Source: an uncultured delta proteobacterium
Lineage (GTDB): Bacteria > Desulfobacterota > Syntrophobacteria > BM002
Assembly (NCBI GenBank): GCA_963712115.1
Contig: CAVQGX010000041.1
Location: 1-24,869 of the forward strand
DNA: 24,869 bases
Reading direction: 5' to 3'
Shown: piece by piece, positions 1 through 6,672 of the stretch
Layout: each line of letters begins with the position of its first letter
Position numbering within the stretch: position 1 is the stretch's first letter
Program-made: the position numbers and the translations under genes
The notes under the pieces: generated by a model
Told to the model about the DNA's origin: nothing
The model's input: only the letters and a program-made list of their open reading frames with translations
Databases searched by the model: none

Positions 1-43
1 TAATTCACATTCTGCTGGGATTTAATCTGGCACAACGTATGGT
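1..43 (-). repeat. Repeat family B, partial copy at window edge
   Basis: TAATTCACATTCTGCTGGGATTTAATCTGGCACAACGTATGGT aligns by eye with 4169-4211 and with the reconstructed empty IS site (2029-2036 joined to 3328-3360). Confidence 0.6.
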
Positions 44-118
44 CCCCTGTCAACGCTCGCCCCTCTATGGTATTCTACTTCTGCCCTCGGACAAACTGGG
101 AAAAAGGGAGATGAGCAA

Positions 119-472
119 ATGAGACTCACAGGTAATGTTGCAACGTTGACTATTCTCGTGGTTCTATTCGCGGGGATGGCTTCCGCGTCGGAAGCGGAGA
201 GTGGTAATGAGCTTTACCAGCTTCTTGCTTCTGAAAGTCCTTACAGCCGGTACGTGGGAGAAAGCTATATCCTTGGAGTCATGGATGCTACGCATTCCAT
301 TGATAGAGTTTGGCGCCTACCTGTGCGATGGACCATACCCCCAGACGTCACAAATGGGCAAATATTCGAAGCAGTTAAGAAGTATCTGGATCAGCATCCT
401 GAAGAAAGGGATAAAACCGCATACGTCCTAGTCAATATTGCTCTTGGAAACGCATTTCCACCTAAGAAATAA
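119..472 (+). CDS. Secreted Rap1a/Tai-like immunity-fold protein
   Basis: Signal peptide (ASA|S-like). Motifs GNELYQL, YILGVMDA, IPPDVTNGQ, VKKYLDQHPEER and ALGNAFP match the Rap1a/Tai family pattern. GGGAG RBS upstream. Confidence 0.7.
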   Translation: MRLTGNVATLTILVVLFAGMASASEAESGNELYQLLASESPYSRYVGESYILGVMDATHSIDRVWRLPVRWTIPPDVTNGQIFEAVKKYLDQHPEERDKTAYVLVNIALGNAFPPKK

Positions 473-558
473 AGCCTTGTAAGAAAGAAGCGGAGCCAGT
501 GACTCCACCGATGTTCTTGGAAAAACCGAGTTGGAGTAGTGAGGACTTTTGGGTCTTA

Positions 559-807
559 TCAATCTGCTACAATCAGAACTTCGCAACTCTCTCCTTTGTT
601 GCCGCTCCATCTATTTCCCAGGTTTTGACTAGGCCGTCTGTTGATGAACTGCCCGCAATACAGGCAGTCCAAGAGGGCCTTGTGGTACTTTGCGTACTTT
701 TCACGGCCTAAGAGCTGAGGAAATAGGCAGACAATATGCAAAAATCTTTGATGTGGGCATTCTCCCTCAACGAAGTGGTAACAAGATTTGATGCGATCAT
801 ATGTCAT
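559..807 (-). CDS. Small Cys-rich hypothetical protein
   Basis: ORF 559-825; ATG at 807 used. Contains CxHxxxxxCxH and CxxC. No family recognised. Confidence 0.35.
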   Translation of the reverse strand: MTYDRIKSCYHFVEGECPHQRFLHIVCLFPQLLGREKYAKYHKALLDCLYCGQFINRRPSQNLGNRWSGNKGESCEVLIVAD

Positions 808-1110
808 GAAGCTTTTCCTCAGCAAATCTTCTCTTATGCGTTATCTAATGGTAGATTCTTTCTGTCGCCATTCACTGATTTAGTTGTGAGGAAACGCCTT
901 AGAAAAGGCTGCCAGGCATACGTTTCATAGACCTTGAAAAAACTCGTGTAATGCCCACCCAGCCGACTCCATAAATTTATTGGATGTAGGAAGTGTTGCA
1001 GCCATGCTCTCATGACATTAACCAGTTCGTACCCGCTCAGTCGATTGAAAATGGAGTTTCTGAGGCAAGTTCTATCTCTTCAAAAAACACACAAAGTATT
1101 CTAGCTCAGA

Positions 1111-1251
1111 CTATCTAATATCTTTGTATTTTTGTGTAAGTCCTTCTCGTACTAGTAGCATCCGTTTTTTTAGTAGCCGCTTCCGCCGCCAGTACTCGTA
1201 TGTCATACCGAGTGTGAACACCAGCGGTAAATACATAATATGGACCTGCAT
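1111..1251 (-). CDS. Small single-TM hypothetical protein
   Basis: GGAGG 6 nt before ATG 1251. Hydrophobic stretch followed by basic RRKR. Confidence 0.35.
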   Translation of the reverse strand: MQVHIMYLPLVFTLGMTYEYWRRKRLLKKRMLLVREGLTQKYKDIR

Positions 1252-1304
1252 CATGCACCTCCAACCTCTCCTCCACTGGATGCGGCGGGATATCACCTAA
1301 GCGT

Positions 1305-1664
1305 TCAAACCACCTCCTCTAGGAGGCTTGGCACTAGCGAACGGAGTTCTTCCTGCGTCATATTCTGGGAACTGTAAACTTTTACCTGCTCTTCAATTCG
1401 TCTTAGGAGCGCATACTGCATCCACTCCCAATGTGCTCTCTCCGTATCATTAAAGGATACTTCGGTCTCTCCTAAATGATTCCCTCTTTGGTAGCAACTA
1501 GGACAGAGCATTCTGTTGACCTTCGGCATTCTATTGTTGCATACTTCTCTAGCACAAACACGGTTGGTGCGCTTTGGCTCACGAGTGGCGTCTCTTTTCT
1601 CAACACCCGAGTTAAAATTGTCAGCCTTGTCAACCTGTCTGCGGGCATTGGGGGTAGAAATCAT
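1305..1664 (-). CDS. Hypothetical protein with putative Zn-binding Cx4C...CxxC motif
   Basis: AGGAGG at 1675-1680 upstream of ATG 1664. Contains CAREVC...LCPSC. Confidence 0.5.
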   Translation of the reverse strand: MISTPNARRQVDKADNFNSGVEKRDATREPKRTNRVCAREVCNNRMPKVNRMLCPSCYQRGNHLGETEVSFNDTERAHWEWMQYALLRRIEEQVKVYSSQNMTQEELRSLVPSLLEEVV

Positions 1665-1968
1665 TATTTCCAAACCTCCTGGACAACCTGCTAATAGATT
1701 CCTGATCTGCTAATTGAAACTCTTCGCCTTCTATTAACACAAACCGTACCAACTCAAGTGACTTGTTTTTTAATAAAATTTCCGAATAGTTATCCATTTT
1801 GCATCAGATACGATAACTCAGAAGATTGGTAAGTTAATTCATAGAGTGGAAATAAATTTCCCTTTTTCTGAAGACGGAAGTACTCATGGAGTATCCATCC
1901 TACGCAGAGAAATCGTCATCTTGGCACTTGACCGGTGGGGGAACCAAAGAGAAAGTGAGGTGGATAAG

Positions 1969-2036
1969 AAAAACCCAACCGACCCGAAAGCCGATTGGGG
2001 TCACTGTAAAACTTTATATTACATCCCTTAATTCAC
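1969..2036 (-). repeat. Repeat family B copy with minus-strand intrinsic terminator; its other part lies at 3328-3361, beyond the IS
   Basis: Minus-strand RNA CCCAAUCGGC-UUUCGG-GUCGGUUGGG-UUUUU pairs fully using G-U pairs. Shares ATTACATCCCTTAAT with 4158-4172. Confidence 0.7.
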
Positions 2037-2094
2037 ACCTATGAAAAAGCTGGTTGTCAAGTAAAAAAGCTCTGTTAACTGCCCGCCTGGAACC

Positions 2095-2226
2095 ACTATA
2101 TTGGGCTCATCGCCAAACACCTATCCGTGTTCACCTAAAGGTGTCACACTATCATGCGTCTGATAAACGGCGTCCCAATCACTTCGTCGGCCTCACCTTT
2201 GGTGGGCCATGTGAATTAACGGGTTA
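2095..2226 (-). ncRNA. Bridge/seek RNA of the IS1111 element (ends approximate)
   Basis: Two hairpin-containing internal loops whose unpaired strands match the target site (2211-2219, 2179-2187) and the predicted circle junction (2117-2124, 2151-2155). Confidence 0.8.
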
Positions 2227-3240
2227 CGCACAAACAGGATAGGTCTCCTTGTAAGGTGTTTGGTTTTTCCAGATGTAGAAAACGTACTGCAAGATCTTAT
2301 GGGCTGTGGCCACAATGGCCTTTTGATAGCCCGCCTTGACGATTCTTCTCCGGAAGAAAACACGCAACCTGCAGTTTTGCATTCTGGCTGCAGCCTGGGC
2401 AGCCTCGACCAGGGCGGTTCTCAGGTAGCGGGATCCTTGTTTGGTGATCCTGCCCCTTTTCTCTTTGCCAGCACTAGCATCTAAAGAAGGCACCAGACCG
2501 GCGTAAGAAGCCAGGTTCCGATATGAGCGAAAGCGGGAGATATCGTCTACCTCCGCTACAATGAACATGGCTGTGATAGGTCCAATGCCAGGGATAGTCA
2601 TAAGAAGTTGGGCTGTGTGATTCTCCTTTGCCAGGGCACGCACTGTTTTGGTTAAGGGCTCGATCTGCTCTTGGAGCCTTTCATAGAGCACAAGATAGGT
2701 CTCAACGTGTTGGCGGTGGTAATCTGGCAAGTCAATCTCTTCGAGATACCTCAGTCCCTGAACACCAAAAAGATCGCTAAAAGGACTTCTAAAATTGTTC
2801 TTCATCAGCAGGATATGGATGCGGTTCTTCATGCGGGTGGCATCTCGGACCAATTTGTTTCTATGCCGCAGGAGTTCTTTGAGTTTACGGGTCTCAAGGC
2901 TGCTGACATGAACGGTAGAGATCAAATCAGCCCTGAGAAGCTGAGCCAACATATGAGAGTCCACCTTATCGTTTTTGATCTTGGCCGAAGCAATGGCCTT
3001 GGTCTTCACTGGATTGGAGATCGTAACTTCAAAACCCTCTCCAGTAAGAAGATCATACAGCCAGTACCACGATGCCATAGATTCAATGACGATCTTGGTC
3101 TCGTCTCCTAGCTTGGCGAAGTAAGCCAAAATGTCCTCCTCCACATTCTGGAGGTTGGCTCTGGTGAAGATCTTTCCATGTGCATCGATTGTAGTAATAA
3201 AAGATGTTTTCTTGTGTAAATCAATCCCGGTATAATACAT
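2224..3240 (-). CDS. IS110-family DEDD transposase/recombinase
   Basis: RuvC-like GIDLHK, VIES and KNDKVD motifs; HhH-like TIPGIGPITA; LASYAGLVPS..SAGK catalytic-Ser region; ITKQGSRYLR; KAIVATAHK. AAGGAGG RBS. Confidence 0.97.
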   Translation of the reverse strand: MYYTGIDLHKKTSFITTIDAHGKIFTRANLQNVEEDILAYFAKLGDETKIVIESMASWYWLYDLLTGEGFEVTISNPVKTKAIASAKIKNDKVDSHMLAQLLRADLISTVHVSSLETRKLKELLRHRNKLVRDATRMKNRIHILLMKNNFRSPFSDLFGVQGLRYLEEIDLPDYHRQHVETYLVLYERLQEQIEPLTKTVRALAKENHTAQLLMTIPGIGPITAMFIVAEVDDISRFRSYRNLASYAGLVPSLDASAGKEKRGRITKQGSRYLRTALVEAAQAAARMQNCRLRVFFRRRIVKAGYQKAIVATAHKILQYVFYIWKNQTPYKETYPVCA

Positions 3241-3244
3241 GGTG

Positions 3245-3311
3245 GCTACCTCCTTTTGTTGCTAGTTATCCCCAAGGCCCATTTAACACCTAGGGCCTCG
3301 AAGGAGGTAGC
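3245..3311 (-). promoter_or_regulatory. Hairpin sequestering the transposase RBS
   Basis: 11-bp perfect inverted repeat GCTACCTCCTT (3245-3255) / AAGGAGGTAGC (3301-3311) includes the Shine-Dalgarno sequence. Confidence 0.6.
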
Positions 3312-3501
3312 TTTTTCATATGATCACTTCGTTGGGTTTCAAGCTGCTACAAAATATAGTTATCTTTCAACGCTTCACTGGTTTTGGCAACGAACTCCCA
3401 CAAACAGGACACTCTTTATCGTCTGGCTTAACCATACGGTGAGCATGCACTTGGGGCATTTAACAGGGTGGACTTTGACTCGTTTGGTTTCCATATGATG
3501 G

Positions 3502-3885
3502 TTATTTCTTTTTGGATTGAACTCTTGGGATGTAGAAGGGAACTAATTTCGTGTCCATAGATTCGAACTGGAAGACTTCAGCCTCTATTCGGCTACCAGG
3601 TTCTACTGACAGAGTGCCGTATGCTACCTTTCCTTTTACTGTTGCAGTTTTATTAATTGTTAGGAAGGCGTGGCAAACTAGTTCGCCTTCGAAATAACCA
3701 GAGATAGTGATGTTTACAGCTTCAGCACTACCGCTAACTTTGCCATTTAGGCCAATCTCTAAGGTCTTTGACTCTATGTCTCCCGTAAATGAACCTAAGA
3801 TGATCAAATCCTCAGATGTTTTTAGTTTGCCTTCTAAGCAGGAGTTTTCCAAAATGAGGGTAATCTCTTGTCGCTTAAATCGCAT
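3502..3885 (-). CDS. Bactofilin (CcmA-like polymer-forming cytoskeletal protein)
   Basis: Beta-helix repeats TLILENSCLEGKL...LIILGSFTGDI...LEIGLNGKVSG...ITISGYFEGEL...LTINKTATVKGKV..GTLSVEPGSRIEA. Confidence 0.9.
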   Translation of the reverse strand: MRFKRQEITLILENSCLEGKLKTSEDLIILGSFTGDIESKTLEIGLNGKVSGSAEAVNITISGYFEGELVCHAFLTINKTATVKGKVAYGTLSVEPGSRIEAEVFQFESMDTKLVPFYIPRVQSKKK

Positions 3886-4107
3886 TTCTCCAAACCTCTA
3901 TACGGTGGATTATTCTTCTTATTCTTCCTCTAGCTCGTTGATGCAGTATTCTTTACAAATGAATAGTAAGATTGCCCTCAACTCTGTTCGGGATATCTCA
4001 GCTGGTCAGGTCAGACGAGCAGGAAAACAGATTTGATTTGCAAAGATTAGGTACTGAAGAAACTCAAGCTGCGGTCAGGTTACAGAATAAAGGGAGAAAT
4101 GGCAAGA

Positions 4108-4212
4108 AGAAAACCCCCACTGACCGAAGGCCAATCGGGGGCACTGCGAAACTAGAGATTACATCCCTTAATCTGCACTTGGCTGGAATTTGATCTGACA
4201 CAAGATATTGTG
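4108..4212 (-). repeat. Repeat family B, intact copy (NrdR-like box, AGGGAUG-loop hairpin, terminator)
   Basis: Near-palindrome CACAAGATATTGTG (4199-4212); AGATTA-CATCCCT-TAATCT hairpin; CCCCC...GGGGG stem followed by a T-tract on the minus strand. Confidence 0.7.
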
Positions 4213-4381
4213 AGCATAAAAAAGGCGAAGCCTTAATTGCTCCGCCAGGATTCTTCTGGAAAAGTAATAGCTAAGTGAGATTCCTTGCATCCTCCGTTGA
4301 GGTCGGCAGCATCTAAAGAAATCACCGTGATGTAGTCGATCATAGTCTGTGTGCCCGAAAGCGAGAACACAGTGACCTTGG

Positions 4382-4675
4382 CTATGGCAATTTCTTAAGT
4401 ATCTTTGCAAGCTCTTCCTTTGAAAAAGCCCTGAGAGTCTTTGTCCTTACATCTCCAGCGGAGCCTAACCGCAGAAGGAATGCCATAGCGACCTCATCAC
4501 TGGGAGCCTCACCGATTACTACATAGTCATATTCTCCCATGGTTGTGTAGAAACCAATCAGTTTTCCTCCCATTTTTTCAAAGTTTTTGATGGCTTTGTC
4601 AATCCGCCTAGGTGCGATCTTGATGGCCTTGATCGCCTCATCAGTCAAATTAGCTAAAAGAATATAGGTCGGCAT
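4382..4675 (-). CDS. GYD-domain protein
   Basis: MPTYILLANLT...GGKLIGFYTTMGEYDYVVI...GDVRTKTLRAF. AAGGAGG RBS before ATG 4675. Confidence 0.88.
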   Translation of the reverse strand: MPTYILLANLTDEAIKAIKIAPRRIDKAIKNFEKMGGKLIGFYTTMGEYDYVVIGEAPSDEVAMAFLLRLGSAGDVRTKTLRAFSKEELAKILKKLP

Positions 4676-4775
4676 ATAGCTATCCTCCTTTGGCAAAATG
4701 GTGTGCGTGCGCCGTAGCTGGAGATTTAGAATTGTAAACTCTTATTAGACTACATGGTCAGAAGGAACTTTGGCA

Positions 4776-4870
4776 AGAAAAAAAGACCCCACCGGCCGGG
4801 GCATCGTGGCCGGCGGTGGACAGTCGAAAGGTAAAGGTATGCCCCTTGCGTCAGTGCAAACCAGAATTTC
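4776..4870 (-). terminator. GC-rich intrinsic terminator, probably a divergent family-B copy
   Basis: A-tract plus CCCCACCGGCCGG...GGCCGGCGGTGG stem. Followed by CAGTCGAAA..TATGCCCCTT, similar to CACTGCGAAA..TACATCCCTT in family B. Confidence 0.55.
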
Positions 4871-4878
4871 TCATTTTA

Positions 4879-4938
4879 CTCTATGCTCCATGCCCTATGC
4901 TCTATGCTAGATAGCTTGGTCCAACCACCGACCATTTT
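4879..4938 (+). repeat. Family-A spacer S1 (CTATGCT-type heptamers plus partial terminal motif)
   Basis: CTATGCTCCATGCCCTATGCTCTATGCT, then TAGCTTGGTCCAACCACCGACCATTTT, nearly identical to 16146-16172. Confidence 0.75.
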
Positions 4939-4950
4939 ATAAATGCTACA

Positions 4951-4979
4951 TTGACAAGGTACTGATTAAACAATATAAA
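4951..4979 (+). promoter_or_regulatory. Sigma70-type promoter
   Basis: TTGACA-17 bp-TATAAA upstream of the CDS at 5056. Confidence 0.65.
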
Positions 4980-5055
4980 ACTCAGTTATTAAAAAAAACT
5001 CAGAAAGGTGAAGTTCGATTTGTAAACCAAAGCATAATTCACTTTTACGAAAAGA

Positions 5056-6105
5056 ATGGAGTTGAATAAAAAAAATATAAAGTTCACCTCGCACTGCCTA
5101 TTAATAATCGTAACGGCATATTGTTGCTTTGCCGCCAGCCTTGTAGAGGCTCAAAAGCCCTTACCTAAAGAATCTGGTTTTTCTGGATACATCGAATTGC
5201 TTGGAGCATACATAAGCACTAATTCGCAATTAAACACAGACAATAAAAACGACAGAACGGATTCTTTGGACAAGTCCGGCGAGCGTGTTTCTAAAGTCAG
5301 GCCACTTCCGCTGGGACTAATTGCTTATACCTTCACCGAATTACGTACTCAACTCTTTTTGGGTGTGCTGCCAGAAGCTGTGGTGCAAGGTCAGTTCCAA
5401 GTTGAAGCAGGAGTGCGGCACGATTTATCGAATGGCACCAGTTTGCGTGCTTCAGCCATTCCCATTACACCCTTTGAGGAGGAAACCTGGGAGGACCCAT
5501 TTGTTGTAGGTCAGGATCGCAAAAAGACTGATATCACATCCTATGGTTTTAAGCTGGCGGCTGAGAACATCCGGGCATCTGGCATAGGCTTGGAATACAG
5601 ATGGCTACAGCAAAAAATTGATAACGAAAAAAGCGGTACATTTTTAATATCACAGCCAGGTAGTCCCCTTACACTCGAGGACCTAGATGACCTGAAGCGA
5701 GATTCGAAATCTCACCGCTTATCAGCTGAATATTCATTTGAGTTGATGCCCCGAATGAGTTTAAAGCCAATTCTCAGGTACACCCGCGAAGATGCCGAAG
5801 GTGATGCAAACAGTTTTCACGCTTTGACCACGCAATTGTCTTTTTCATATTTCGGGGATCAATTTCAGGCATTCGTTAATGGCATTGCCAAAGGTGAATG
5901 GTATGATGATACTCATCCAGTATTTGATAAGACCCGTCGGGATTTCAATTTGGGCCTGTTCGCAATCCTTGGTTACAAAGAACCGCTTGGATTAAAAAAA
6001 TTTAGAATCGACTGGTTAAATGGTTTTTTTATGTCGAACTCAAATATCAACTTTTATGAGTCTACCAACTATATAACTGCCCTTGGCATTGCCTACAACT
6101 TTTAA
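5056..6105 (+). CDS. Outer-membrane beta-barrel protein, DUF2860-like
   Basis: Signal peptide, ESGFSG N-terminal motif, TWEDPF..G..R..TD, alternating beta-strands, C-terminal aromatic signal GIAYNF. Confidence 0.8.
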   Translation: MELNKKNIKFTSHCLLIIVTAYCCFAASLVEAQKPLPKESGFSGYIELLGAYISTNSQLNTDNKNDRTDSLDKSGERVSKVRPLPLGLIAYTFTELRTQLFLGVLPEAVVQGQFQVEAGVRHDLSNGTSLRASAIPITPFEEETWEDPFVVGQDRKKTDITSYGFKLAAENIRASGIGLEYRWLQQKIDNEKSGTFLISQPGSPLTLEDLDDLKRDSKSHRLSAEYSFELMPRMSLKPILRYTREDAEGDANSFHALTTQLSFSYFGDQFQAFVNGIAKGEWYDDTHPVFDKTRRDFNLGLFAILGYKEPLGLKKFRIDWLNGFFMSNSNINFYESTNYITALGIAYNF

Positions 6106-6175
6106 GCTGACGCTTGGCAATCTATAGATTTTTAAATCGAATGCATAGTGGCCATCTGCCTGAGTAGGCGCTTTC

Positions 6176-6470
6176 GGTCGGGCCAAATTTCCTTCTGTTT
6201 AGCCGGTTAGCCAGTTTTGCCTGTCTCCAATTCGCAAGCCGAAATTCGAAATTTCTTCCCCATGCTCCATGCCCTCACCTATTACAACAAATGACAGCGC
6301 AGCGTAGTGACCTAATGGACGCCGAAGGCACATGACGCGAAGCGCTAGCTGCCCCCTGCAAGCTGCCTGTTGCCTGCTGAACATCCCCGTCTAGCCCGAC
6401 CTCACGTCTCGCGCGTCTCGCTGGAGCCATCCGCTCACCGCTTACTGAATTGTTCGCTTGGCCCGACCAC
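6176..6470 (+). repeat. Family-A spacer S2, bounded by inverted ends (MITE-like)
   Basis: GGTCGGGCCAA (6176-6186) / TTGGCCCGACC (6458-6468). Full 29-bp motif at 6442-6470. Confidence 0.9.
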
Positions 6471-6494
6471 CGACCCGGACCGACCCGGAAAAAA

Positions 6495-6523
6495 TTGTGA
6501 TTTTGACAAGATTTTAGTAGAAT
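6495..6523 (+). promoter_or_regulatory. Putative sigma70 promoter
   Basis: TTGTGA-17 bp-TAGAAT upstream of the CDS at 6673. Confidence 0.4.
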
Positions 6524-6672
6524 AATGCCATTTGACTTGAGCTATCGATTATCCCAGCCGCTTTCGTCAGGACAGGGACGTTCAAAAGGACAGTTACGGG
6601 GGTCGGAAGTGGCAGTCAGCGACGACTGCTGCATAATTCCCAATAAGATTTGGCAAAAAAAGGGGGGGCGTT

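Larger units (their letters stand above)
2037..3327 (-). mobile_element. Complete IS110-family element, IS1111 subgroup
   Basis: Perfect 12-bp sub-terminal inverted repeats TATGAAAAAGCT (2040-2051) and AGCTTTTTCATA (3309-3320), 3 and 7 bp from the inferred ends as expected for IS1111. TCAC core at both junctions. Long non-coding region 3' of the transposase. Confidence 0.9.

Noticed and set aside
6199-6384. Similar short ORFs at 6199-6384 and 12763-12972 (LGHYA.LSFVVIGEGMEH), and ORFs containing AHRLLNCSLGPT
   Set aside because: They are translations of the non-coding repeat modules. Frames and starts are not conserved between copies.
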